A DNA stretch of 64,000 nt, taken from positions 32,001 to 96,000 of the forward strand of contig JBFMAF010000015.1 in NCBI GenBank assembly GCA_040755995.1, read 5' to 3'. Under the pieces are notes generated by a model, which was given only the letters and a program-made list of their open reading frames with translations, did no database searches and was not told where the DNA came from. The DNA is from Acidobacteriota bacterium (lineage in GTDB: Bacteria; Acidobacteriota; CAIWXX01). Below, piece after piece: positions 1 to 8,889 of this stretch (its first letter is position 1; every line of letters starts with the position of its first letter). The position numbers were made by a program, and so were the translations under genes.

Positions 1-2302
1 GCGGCAGCGCGAGATTGACCAGCGCCGCGTCGGTCGAACCGAAGGTGAGCCCGCACGCAACCGGCTCGACGCAGCCGACCGGCGAGTAGTCGCGGGCGTC
101 GGGAAGCCCGATGCCTCGCCCGACGAGCATCGGCACGACCACATCGTCGTTCATCAGCGAAGGCGCGCCCGAGCCACCCTGTAGCGCCCGCGCCACTCGG
201 TCGAGGTACTCGGGCGGGCTGTCCGCATGCACCCTCGCGTGATAATTCGGCTGCCGCATCCGCAGTTCATCCATCGCGTCGAGGAACATCCAGGTCAGCT
301 CGTTGGTCGAGTCGCGCCCCTCGCGGTCCACACCGCCTACGACCACCACCTGGCCGTTGAACATCCCGCCGTGAATCCGCGTGATTCGCCCGCTGAACAC
401 CGGGACGATCTCGCTCATCTTCACCGTGAAGCACCCGATCAGCTCCCGCGCCGCCCGCTCGTCGATGCGCCCTGCAGCCTTGTCCGCCCGGTAGTACGGG
501 TCGAGAATGAAATCGAGGCGGCCGGGGGAGATCGCGTTGTCGAGACTCTCCAGGTTCATCGCGATCTGCGCGAACAGAATCGACTGCAGCGCTTCGCGCA
601 ACGTCTCAGCCTTCAGCCTGGGAACGCGCTCGCATGACCGGGCGATTTCTTCGAGCTCCGCGCGCCTCCCCGCTTCCGCGCATTCCGACGCCAGGCGGCG
701 CGCCAACTCGGCGAACTGCCTCGCCATGTCCTCCAGCCCCTGGCACACGATATCGACGGCCTGGTAGAAATCCCGCGCGCTGTCGTGCTTCGTTTTCGCG
801 AAGAGCGCCGACGCGTTGGCGCGGATCCCGCTCGTCCCGAGTCTCAAGAGCGTCGCGTAGTCGGGCACGAAGTGCGAGATCCCACCGGTCTCGTTGATCA
901 CGTACCTCCGGCTCAGAATCTGGTCTCGTATGAAGCGGGTCGCGCGGGGCAGCGGGAAAGCCTTCAGCGCCAGAAAGCGAGTCAGCCAGAACGGCACGAT
1001 TCGCAGCAGAAACTCCCACTTCTCCGCGGCTTCCATTCGCAGAGGGTTGACGGGCCGCTTCTCGATCGAGAGGAGATCCTCCAGAAAGGTCACGCCGTGC
1101 AGCTCAGGGAAGAGGCCGCCACCGACGCGTTTGGAGCTGAAGTTGCCCACAAGCAGCTCATCGTCGTAGATCTTCGCGCTCCGATTCCGCAGGACGTGCC
1201 GCAGCGCCTCGGCCTTCTGGACGATCACCGGCTTGCGGCGGTTCTTGCGTTCCACGAAGTATCGTGTCACCAAACGGGCGCGTTCGAGGCAGACCGCAGG
1301 CGGGGTCGACTGCACTACGCGCCGGAGCCGCCAGACCCTCTCGGTGAAGGTGCTCGGTCTCGCGTCTCCAGTTCCGTCGGTCTGCGCAGACGCGATGCTG
1401 ACCGTCAGTCCTCTGGCGGTGAAGAACTCGGCCGCGCGCGCAAGCGCCTGGTCGGCTTCTGCGCGGCTGATCGCGAGCTTCGGCTGATTACTGCCGATGC
1501 GGTCGATCTTTGCGATGCCACCCGAGTGGTATGGCAGCAGGCTGATCGTGTTGCTACGCTGTTTCTCCAGGAACCCAGCGATACCGTCCAGGCTCATCTG
1601 CCCGTCATTCTGCCCAGGGACGACGGCCATCCGGAACTCCACCCGCGCTCCCGTTTCAATCAGCCTCTCTGCATTGCCGAAAATCCGGGAAATCTCAGTT
1701 CCCACGAGCTGGTGATGCTGCTCCTCATCGCCTGCCTTCAGATCGAAGAAGAACAGATCCGTGTACGGCCTCGCCAGCTCGAACGCATCCCACTTCACAG
1801 CGCCGCAAGTTTCGACCGTGGTGTTGATCCCTGCGCGCCGACAGCCTGCGAGAAGCTCAGCTGCCGCCTCGGGTTGCAGGAGAGGCTCGCCGCCGGAAAG
1901 CGTTACGCCGCCACCCGTGGCAGAGAAATACGAGCCGTCGAGTGCGATCTGATCGAGCAGCTGCGAGGTGCTCTCGTCCCGGCCGATCTTCCGCAGCGCT
2001 TCCTGGGGACAGATGTCGGCGCACTTGCCGCAGGCGTCGCACTTGCTGCGGTCGATGCGCCCGTTTCCTTCCGCGATGATCGCGCCCTGCTCGCAAACTC
2101 TTCTGCACTCCAGGCATCCGGCGCAGCGATCCGCATAGAAAGCCATCTCGAAGGAGCGGCGCTTCGACTCCGGGTTCTGGCACCAGCTACAACCAAGCGA
2201 ACAGCCTTTGAAGAACACGACCGTCCGGATACCGGGGCCGTCGTGGAGGCAGAACCGCTGCACATCGAAGATGCGCGCATGGCCGGCCCGATCCCTTTTC
2301 AT
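1..2302 (-). CDS. Fusion protein: N-terminal glycyl-radical enzyme activating enzyme (radical SAM with ferredoxin-like insertion) plus C-terminal glycyl radical enzyme (PFL-like family); 3' end lies outside the window
   Basis: Manual translation from ATG 2302 (preceded by GAGGGAAAG): RIFDVQRFCLHDGPGIRTVVFFKGCSLGCSWCQNPES (CxxxCxxC at 2180-2203), CAGCLECRRVC...CDACGKCADIC, GGVTLSGGEPLLQP, LLPYH. It then runs without a stop into ERVWRLRR..PAVCLERARLVT..IYDDELLVG..SPGRLD..QPN..DARDYSPVGCVEP (GCVEP at 62-76). Absent from the ORF track, consistent with no stop inside the window. Confidence 0.92.
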   Translation of the reverse strand, partial: MKRDRAGHARIFDVQRFCLHDGPGIRTVVFFKGCSLGCSWCQNPESKRRSFEMAFYADRCAGCLECRRVCEQGAIIAEGNGRIDRSKCDACGKCADICPQEALRKIGRDESTSQLLDQIALDGSYFSATGGGVTLSGGEPLLQPEAAAELLAGCRRAGINTTVETCGAVKWDAFELARPYTDLFFFDLKAGDEEQHHQLVGTEISRIFGNAERLIETGARVEFRMAVVPGQNDGQMSLDGIAGFLEKQRSNTISLLPYHSGGIAKIDRIGSNQPKLAISRAEADQALARAAEFFTARGLTVSIASAQTDGTGDARPSTFTERVWRLRRVVQSTPPAVCLERARLVTRYFVERKNRRKPVIVQKAEALRHVLRNRSAKIYDDELLVGNFSSKRVGGGLFPELHGVTFLEDLLSIEKRPVNPLRMEAAEKWEFLLRIVPFWLTRFLALKAFPLPRATRFIRDQILSRRYVINETGGISHFVPDYATLLRLGTSGIRANASALFAKTKHDSARDFYQAVDIVCQGLEDMARQFAELARRLASECAEAGRRAELEEIARSCERVPRLKAETLREALQSILFAQIAMNLESLDNAISPGRLDFILDPYYRADKAAGRIDERAARELIGCFTVKMSEIVPVFSGRITRIHGGMFNGQVVVVGGVDREGRDSTNELTWMFLDAMDELRMRQPNYHARVHADSPPEYLDRVARALQGGSGAPSLMNDDVVVPMLVGRGIGLPDARDYSPVGCVEPVACGLTFGSTDAALVNLALP

Positions 2303-2328
2303 CTTTCCCTCGGCGGTTCGTCCGGGCT

Positions 2329-4179
2329 TCAGTTCAGCCGGACGATGCGCCCTACGCCGCCGAGCGGGTACTGAGCTCCGGACACGCGGCCGCTCAGGTT
2401 CACGGTCAGGTACGTGTCGAGCGACTGTTGGTTTGCCTCGCCCAGATTAACGTACGGCAGCGTACGGAACGGGTACTGATCTCCTCCCTGCACCATGTAG
2501 GTGGTAGCAGCCACCACGACATCGGGCGCGCCGGCAACCACCTGGCCGCCGCTCACGAGCACCCGCCCGTCGTCCAATGTGGCCTGCTGGATTCGCGTCC
2601 CCGCCACTACGACGTTGTTGTCGGCGTCGAGCACCTGCGCCGTTCCGGCGGCATCGTAAACCATCTTGAAGCCGGCGATCTGAGCGAATCTTCCTGCCAA
2701 CAATTCGACCTGCGAGACCGAGTTTTCGAGAATCTCCTTGAATTGAGCCGCCGGCACGCGGTCGACCACACAGACGAAGCCGGGAAACGGGAGGATGTTC
2801 CAGGTGTCGAGCTCGGTGATGTCGCCGGCCGGAATCACCGTGGCGTTTCGCATTGCCCCTCCGTTCACCAGGGCTACGTCGGGATTCGGAGCGCCGTAAC
2901 GCGGTGCCAGCCTTCGCGCTGCCTGCAGCAGCGAGTCCACGACGAGGTCTCCTTCGTTCGTTTCGCGCGCCCGGATGCTCTCGCGTAGACCGTCGAGGGC
3001 GACGTCGCTCACCGCCACTACGGTCGCGTCCAACTGGGCGAGGCCGTCGTTGACCGGGTCCACAACCTCGCGGCGCACCCGCTGATCCGGCTTCACCGAG
3101 TCCGGGTTGCCAGGCCCTGCGACGCGCACGGGACCGCTGCGCTGGTCGTACCTCACGATCTCGCCATTCGCATCGAACCCGGCGATCAGCCGGCCGACAT
3201 ACCAGTAGTACTGGCGCGCCGTCACGATGAGGACCGGCCTGCCAGCCGCGTCCTTGGCCTGGACCGGATAGCCGCCGAAGACATGCGCCTCGTCCCCTGG
3301 GATAAGCAAATCGCCCGGGTTCGCGAGCAGCTCGTGGCCGCCGCCGGCCACGATGATGTCGATGCCGTCGAGTGTCGGGGCAAGGGCAATCTCATTGAGG
3401 ATGTTCTGGAGGTGGCTGATCAAGACGATCTTGTTGACACCTCGGGATCGCATCAGGTTGATCTGGCGCTGGACGGCGCCGGTAACATCGACGTTCACAC
3501 GGACGCGCCGGGGGCTGGATATGTACGGAAGCTGCGGTGTGGTGGCCCCGATTATACCGATCTCCTCGCCTCCCTTGGTCACGACGACGCTTCTGCAGAT
3601 CGTCCCACGCTTCACCCACAGCTCCAGCTCCCGCTCCCCGCTGAAGTCCAGATTCGCGCCCAGCCAGGGCGGATTGCTGCGCAGGTGCGCGAAGCTGCGG
3701 ATGTAGTCGGCGAGGACGTCGGGGCCGAGGTCGAACTCGTGGTTGCCGAAGGCCACGGCATCGTACTCGACATAGCTCTGGCCGACAGCATCGTAGTAGG
3801 GCACGCCGTGTGTCAGACTCTGGTTGAACTGCGCGCTGGCGAGGAAGTTGTCACCCGAAGAGACCTTGATGAGACCGTGGCGCCCGCGCACGGCGCTCTC
3901 CGCTTCCTTCTCGATCCGTCTCACGCAGCCGACGAAGCGATCGATCCCGCCAAACTGCTCAAGCCCCTCCCCTGCGTTGACCAGATGCGATTCCATGTCG
4001 TTGCTGTGGATGACGGTGAGCCAGTAGGCCACGGGCGCGTGGCCGGCGGCGACGTACACGTCCTTCCCGTTCGCCACAACCGGGGCGAGGCAGGCTTGCG
4101 GTGAAAGAAACAGCAGGAACGTGCCGAGCATGCCGAGACGTGCTGCGCCCGAGAAAGATGCGTCGTTGGTCTGTCTCAT
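2329..4179 (-). CDS. Secreted bifunctional metallophosphoesterase / 5'-nucleotidase
   Basis: IHSNDME, SGDNF and GNHEFDLG metallophosphoesterase motifs; C-terminal RARETNEGDL..NGGAMR..LPF..GRFAQIAG..GGDQY 5'-nucleotidase domain; hydrophobic N-terminus. Start moved to ATG 4179. Confidence 0.9.
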   Translation of the reverse strand: MRQTNDASFSGAARLGMLGTFLLFLSPQACLAPVVANGKDVYVAAGHAPVAYWLTVIHSNDMESHLVNAGEGLEQFGGIDRFVGCVRRIEKEAESAVRGRHGLIKVSSGDNFLASAQFNQSLTHGVPYYDAVGQSYVEYDAVAFGNHEFDLGPDVLADYIRSFAHLRSNPPWLGANLDFSGERELELWVKRGTICRSVVVTKGGEEIGIIGATTPQLPYISSPRRVRVNVDVTGAVQRQINLMRSRGVNKIVLISHLQNILNEIALAPTLDGIDIIVAGGGHELLANPGDLLIPGDEAHVFGGYPVQAKDAAGRPVLIVTARQYYWYVGRLIAGFDANGEIVRYDQRSGPVRVAGPGNPDSVKPDQRVRREVVDPVNDGLAQLDATVVAVSDVALDGLRESIRARETNEGDLVVDSLLQAARRLAPRYGAPNPDVALVNGGAMRNATVIPAGDITELDTWNILPFPGFVCVVDRVPAAQFKEILENSVSQVELLAGRFAQIAGFKMVYDAAGTAQVLDADNNVVVAGTRIQQATLDDGRVLVSGGQVVAGAPDVVVAATTYMVQGGDQYPFRTLPYVNLGEANQQSLDTYLTVNLSGRVSGAQYPLGGVGRIVRLN

Positions 4180-4276
4180 TGTCTTCTCCGAGGTGGGTGT
4201 TCGTCCAGCGTGCCGGGCTTGGGTTTCATGTCTGTAATCCCCTCGACAATATGCGCCCAATGAGTCTCCGTTTCAA

Positions 4277-4324
4277 GTAGGGGCGACGCATGCGTCGCCC
4301 TGGGGCGCATGGCGTGCGCCCTAC
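4277..4324. repeat. GTAG-type REP doublet
   Basis: GTAGGGGCGACGCATGCGTCGCCC hairpin followed by an inverted GGGCGCATGGCGTGCGCCCTAC unit; intergenic. Confidence 0.7.
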
Positions 4325-4438
4325 TCCGCACGGCGTCCGCTCAGGGGAAAGTGGAAGCAGTGGTAGACGTCAACGAGTCCCTGCGAGCCGGACAGCTCAG
4401 AGCGCGCCCCCGCCGGTGTGCCGGCGGGCGACTGCCGC

Positions 4439-6484
4439 CTACTTCTTCGCCTCGCCGCCTTGTCCGAGCTGCGCGAGCCGGCTCTTGAGCTCCGGCTGGT
4501 CCGGCACCAGCTGCAGCGAGGTTTGCCAGGTCTTGATGGCAGCGGGAATCTGGCCAGATGCGTAGTAGCAGTCGCCGATGGCATTCAGCACACGGTGGTC
4601 TGTCCCGTGCGATGACATGTAGCGGTTGTAGTTTTCGATGGCGGGCTCGAAGCGTCGCATTGCCTGCTGAGCCGTGGCCAGGTAGAGATAGGCCTCGGGC
4701 TGCTTCAGCTCGGGGCCTGCGACAATCGGTTCGAGCGTCTGCACCACCTTTTCGTACTCCTTCTTCTGCAGCCTCAGCCTCGCCAGGCCGATCTTGAACT
4801 CGACGACATCCGGGTAGTTCTTCTCGCCGGCCTCCAACGCAGCGAACGCGGCATCGTCGTCCTCACGGCGCGCGTACTGGTCTGCGACGATCAATTCATA
4901 GATGTAGCTCTTGTCGGCCGGGAGCACCTTGGAGTAGACCCAGGGGGTTGGGACGGCGGCGACGGGTGAAATCGAAAAGGGCACTTCCTTGCTCGACAGC
5001 ACCGCGCCCCCGGTTCCGGTGAGGTCGAAGCGCACGGCGTATTCCCCCGCTGGAAGATCGCCCGTGGGCAGCATCAGGTTGTAGTGCGTCTGGAGCGAAA
5101 TGGACTGCAGAGTACGCTCGGTCTTGGACACCTCCTGTGCCTCCTTTCGTATCGTCGCAACGACGCTGACGCCGTCGGTCGGGCCTGCGACCTGGAAGGT
5201 GGCACTGAGCGCCGTGCCGCGCAGGAAGATGGCCTGCGGCCGCAACTCGGGCTGTGTGGAACCGTACTGGAATGGACGAAGGATCGCATCCTGCGGTGTC
5301 GTCTTGAGCAGACCTGAGAGCAAGGGATCGAGCAGCTGTGTCGAGGCAGCGGCGGCGGGGATTTCAATAGAGGTCTCGAAATCGGAGAACTCCTTGCTCA
5401 CGATGTTCTTGACCAGCAGCGTGAGCTTGTACTTGCCCGGTATGGCGGGAAAAAGGTCTGTCAAGCAGAGTGAGCCGCCCTTCAACAGTTTGAGAGTCGC
5501 CTCGTCGAACTCCATGGGCTGCGTCTTGTTGAACTCGTAGACGGTGCGGCCCCGGTCGTCCTCGATCTTTCCATAGATCTTGTAGCTGGTGAAGTACTTC
5601 TTCTCGTACTGGTCGACCGACAGCGTCTTCGGCTCGATGGCGTAGTTGACGAAGTAGGTGCCTGATGGAGCCCTGGTGACGCGCACGATGTACCGGCACT
5701 CGACATAGCTCAGCGAGTAGTCAGCCTCGATCTGGCCGCGGTACCTGGACACCTTCTCTGCGTATCTCGGATCGATCAGCTTCTGCGGATACGCGGCGAT
5801 GTTGGCGAGAAGAACCTCGGATGAGAGGGCTGCGCCCATGCGGTCGGAGGTCTGCCCGACCAGAAGGTTGAGGGAGTACTCGGCCAGCACCGGCTCGTAC
5901 TCCTTCAGCTTCTCGTAAGCTTCCTCGGTGTTCGCCGGTGCGCCGTCGTAATGGCGCATGAAAGCAACAGGGCCGTCGCTTCCGGGATGGTAGAGCTTGT
6001 ACTCACCGTAACCGTGTCGCTTGAAGAAGATGACATTGAAGCCCGAAGGAAATCCGAACTCCGTCTTGCCGCGATAGAACCACACCTCGGTCGGAACGAT
6101 CGTCAGCGTCTCCTCGAAGCGCTCAACCTGATCCGGCTTTCCGAGGATGATGTAGACCCGGCCGCGGTCCGTTCGCCATCCACCGGCAGGGCTGTCAATG
6201 AAGTAGGTGTTGGCGTAGTTGATCCTCCGGTAGTGTTCATCACGGAACTCGTTGGTCGGCGTCCCCGGTGTGGGATCGCGCTGGGCCCAGAAGGCCTCGA
6301 TGAAAAAATCCCTGTCCTTGTCGCTCGTGAACGACAGGAACACCTGCTTCTCCAATGGCGTGATGATGTAGACGACCTCCTCCTGAAACCACTTCCTATA
6401 CTTCTCCGGCAGGTCCTTCTCCGCGACGGCCAGCAGGTTCGCCGCGTTCGCGAGAATACAAAGAGACAGCATCAGATGTTTCAT
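4439..6484 (-). CDS. GWxTD domain-containing secreted protein with C-terminal TPRs
   Basis: Signal peptide MKHLMLSLCIL; WFQEEVVYIIT..FIEAFWAQRDPTPGTPTNEF..GWRTDRGRVYIILGKP; TPR-like helices at the C-terminus. Confidence 0.9.
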   Translation of the reverse strand: MKHLMLSLCILANAANLLAVAEKDLPEKYRKWFQEEVVYIITPLEKQVFLSFTSDKDRDFFIEAFWAQRDPTPGTPTNEFRDEHYRRINYANTYFIDSPAGGWRTDRGRVYIILGKPDQVERFEETLTIVPTEVWFYRGKTEFGFPSGFNVIFFKRHGYGEYKLYHPGSDGPVAFMRHYDGAPANTEEAYEKLKEYEPVLAEYSLNLLVGQTSDRMGAALSSEVLLANIAAYPQKLIDPRYAEKVSRYRGQIEADYSLSYVECRYIVRVTRAPSGTYFVNYAIEPKTLSVDQYEKKYFTSYKIYGKIEDDRGRTVYEFNKTQPMEFDEATLKLLKGGSLCLTDLFPAIPGKYKLTLLVKNIVSKEFSDFETSIEIPAAAASTQLLDPLLSGLLKTTPQDAILRPFQYGSTQPELRPQAIFLRGTALSATFQVAGPTDGVSVVATIRKEAQEVSKTERTLQSISLQTHYNLMLPTGDLPAGEYAVRFDLTGTGGAVLSSKEVPFSISPVAAVPTPWVYSKVLPADKSYIYELIVADQYARREDDDAAFAALEAGEKNYPDVVEFKIGLARLRLQKKEYEKVVQTLEPIVAGPELKQPEAYLYLATAQQAMRRFEPAIENYNRYMSSHGTDHRVLNAIGDCYYASGQIPAAIKTWQTSLQLVPDQPELKSRLAQLGQGGEAKK

Positions 6485-6599
6485 AGCATCTGCGATACTA
6501 GCGGCTGGCCTGACCGGTGTCAACGCCTGCACGCCTGCGCCTGCACCCGTTGTGAACGCCGTGCAGGTGCGCAAGGCCTGCGCCCCGCTCGTTGGCGAT

Positions 6600-8786
6600 C
6601 TAGGGCTGCCCCCGCCTGCCTCCGAGCGCCTGCGCAGCTTCGCTCGCGACGCGCGCGGCGCGCTCCGTCTCGCCGATCGACCGCAGGAACCGAATGACGG
6701 CGGTGAATGCCTCCGGGGTCTTGGCTCTGTGATCGTCGAAAAGAGCGACGGCCTCCTGGCGCCGGCCGGCGTCGAGGAGCAGCATGGCGAGCGTGATGCG
6801 GGCGCCGACGTTGGACGGCAGCGCCGCGAGCTCCCTGCGATACTCCTCCATGGCCTCACTCTTCTGTCCCTTCTGTTCGAGCACTCTGCCGATGTGGTAG
6901 TGGAGCGACGGGAGAAACACGCGCGGGTCGCCCTTGGCCATCTGTCTTTCCGCCCGCCTGAAGCAAACAAGCGCATCGTCGAGCCGGCCCTTCTGGTAAG
7001 CCACTATTCCCTTGACGTAGTGTGGCATGGGAAGCGCCGGGTCGAGCGCAATCGCCCGGTCCATCGCGAGGGCGGCCTGGGCGGCGTTGCCCTTCGAGAA
7101 CTGCACCTGACCCTGGAGCTCCCAGCCCTTCGCGAGGGTTGGATCCTTCTCCAGGGCCGTCTCAATATAGTGCAGGGCTTCGTCCGGCTTGTTCAGTTTC
7201 CACAGCAGCCGCGCCACGCGCACGAGGGCATAAGGGTTCCCGCTATCCAGCTCTGCCGTCCGCCTCAGCACATTCGCCGCGTCTTCTGTGCGGCCGAGCG
7301 CACTCAGGGACCTCCCGAGCTGCTCCATCACATCCACCATGTTGGGATTCTCCGCGAGAATACTCTCGAAGGCGGACGCCGCGCCCGCCTCGTCGCCTTT
7401 GCGATGCAGCTGCAGTCCCAGGCGGAACTTCTCGATCAGGTGGATCTTGTCCTTCGGATCCGGCTTCTGTGCGTTTTCGGGCAGCTGGGTGGAGACCACG
7501 CCGATGTAGCCCAGAGCCTGCAACTTCTCGAGCTCTTCTTCGGATATCTCGGCCGGCGCCTCGACCGAGCGACTTGCAAGAGTCTGGTCGATCTCGTATC
7601 GGTACTGGCCGGCAGTTGTCGCGAGCTTTGCGGCCAGATTCTCCTTCTCGCCCGGATCCTTCGTGAGGTCGTAGAGCTCCTCGCGCGGAGACTTGATGAA
7701 TTTGTATTGCGCGTCGGTGAGCGAGTACAGCTCGCTCCAGCCGAAGTGATACATCGGGTAGAGCGATTCCGAGTAGATGACCCGCCTGGGCCGGCTCGCG
7801 CCGATGCCGATCAACGAACTGCCCTCGAGGGCGAGCGGCGATTTGAGCGCGTAGAAGTCCAGGATCGTCGGCACGATGTCGATCAACTGCACGGGCGTCT
7901 CCACTCGCTCCCCGGCCAGCGCCCCGCCCGGGTACTTGACCAGCAGTGGCACATGGATCATCGCGTTGTAGATGAAGACTCCGTGCTCCCCCTCGCCGTG
8001 ATCTCCGAGCCCCTCGCCGTGATCCGACGTGAGTATTATCAGCGCCTGGTCGTACAGGTCGGTGTCCCGCAGGTACTGGACGAAGTCGCCGACAAGCTCG
8101 TCCACGTAGGCCACCTCGCCGTCATACGGCCGTCCGGCGTACTCCGTGCGGTACGGCTCGGGCGGCGTATACGGACTGTGAGGTTCATAGAAGTGAAGAA
8201 GCATGAAGAAGCGTTTTGCGGGCTGATCACTGCGTACCTGGTCGAGCCATGTCTCGGCGGCTGCGAGCGTGTCTTTCCCGTGACGCTGCAGCTCCCCCAT
8301 CGACACCTCGGCCTTCTCGCGTGTCATCTCGGAGTCGTAGTGCTCGAAGCCCAGTCCGATCCGAGTCTGCCCGCGTAGAACGTACGACGAAACGAAGCCC
8401 CCGGTCTGAAAGCCTTCACGTTTGAGAACGTCCGCCAGCGTCTCCTGGTTCTCGCGCACAAAGAAGCCGACGTTGTCCCGCACGCCCGTCTCGAACGGCA
8501 GCATTCCTGTCAGAATCGTGACGTGCGATGGCAGCGTCTGGGGGCAGTGTGAGTAACAGTGTTCGAAGAGAGTCGACTCCTTCGCGAGCTGGTCGATGGC
8601 CGGCGTCCGGACCCGATCATAGCCGTACGCCGGCAGATGATCCGCTCGCAGCGTGTCGATCGAGATCAGGATCACCGGCGCAGACGCGCGGGCCTTGCTG
8701 AAGTCGGGCGGCCGCCCGCACGACGCGGCACCGATCAAGAGCGTAGAGGCCACGAGCAGCTCACAACATCTCTCCAACCCACGCAT
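6600..8786 (-). CDS. Sulfatase-like hydrolase (alkaline phosphatase superfamily) with TPR repeats, probable lipoprotein
   Basis: LISIDTLRADHL, TLPSH, HFYEPHSPY, SDHGEGLG.HGE.EHG, LQALGY; TPR C-terminus; AASC lipobox-like motif. Alternative start 8795. Confidence 0.88.
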   Translation of the reverse strand: MRGLERCCELLVASTLLIGAASCGRPPDFSKARASAPVILISIDTLRADHLPAYGYDRVRTPAIDQLAKESTLFEHCYSHCPQTLPSHVTILTGMLPFETGVRDNVGFFVRENQETLADVLKREGFQTGGFVSSYVLRGQTRIGLGFEHYDSEMTREKAEVSMGELQRHGKDTLAAAETWLDQVRSDQPAKRFFMLLHFYEPHSPYTPPEPYRTEYAGRPYDGEVAYVDELVGDFVQYLRDTDLYDQALIILTSDHGEGLGDHGEGEHGVFIYNAMIHVPLLVKYPGGALAGERVETPVQLIDIVPTILDFYALKSPLALEGSSLIGIGASRPRRVIYSESLYPMYHFGWSELYSLTDAQYKFIKSPREELYDLTKDPGEKENLAAKLATTAGQYRYEIDQTLASRSVEAPAEISEEELEKLQALGYIGVVSTQLPENAQKPDPKDKIHLIEKFRLGLQLHRKGDEAGAASAFESILAENPNMVDVMEQLGRSLSALGRTEDAANVLRRTAELDSGNPYALVRVARLLWKLNKPDEALHYIETALEKDPTLAKGWELQGQVQFSKGNAAQAALAMDRAIALDPALPMPHYVKGIVAYQKGRLDDALVCFRRAERQMAKGDPRVFLPSLHYHIGRVLEQKGQKSEAMEEYRRELAALPSNVGARITLAMLLLDAGRRQEAVALFDDHRAKTPEAFTAVIRFLRSIGETERAARVASEAAQALGGRRGQP

Positions 8787-8797
8787 GCGGCTCATTC

Positions 8798-8869
8798 TAT
8801 ACAGCGTGTCACGACTCTACAACCGATTCAACGAATCGACGAATCGGCGCAGTGTGTGTCGCGCAGTAT
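8798..8869. repeat. Degenerate copy of TA-flanked MITE-like element
   Basis: Left end TATACAGCGTGTCAC and right end GTGTCGCGCAGTAT resemble the terminal inverted repeats of 12118-12182. Confidence 0.5.
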
Positions 8870-8889
8870 GGTTCCAGAGGTGAGATTTC

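Noticed and set aside
785..2374. 529-aa plus-strand ORF
   Set aside because: Antisense shadow in the same codon register as the activase-GRE fusion; no recognisable motifs. The same applies to other long antisense ORFs such as 6552-8378, 12379-14160, 23297-25000, 37524-39269, 54563-55921 and 62752-63765.
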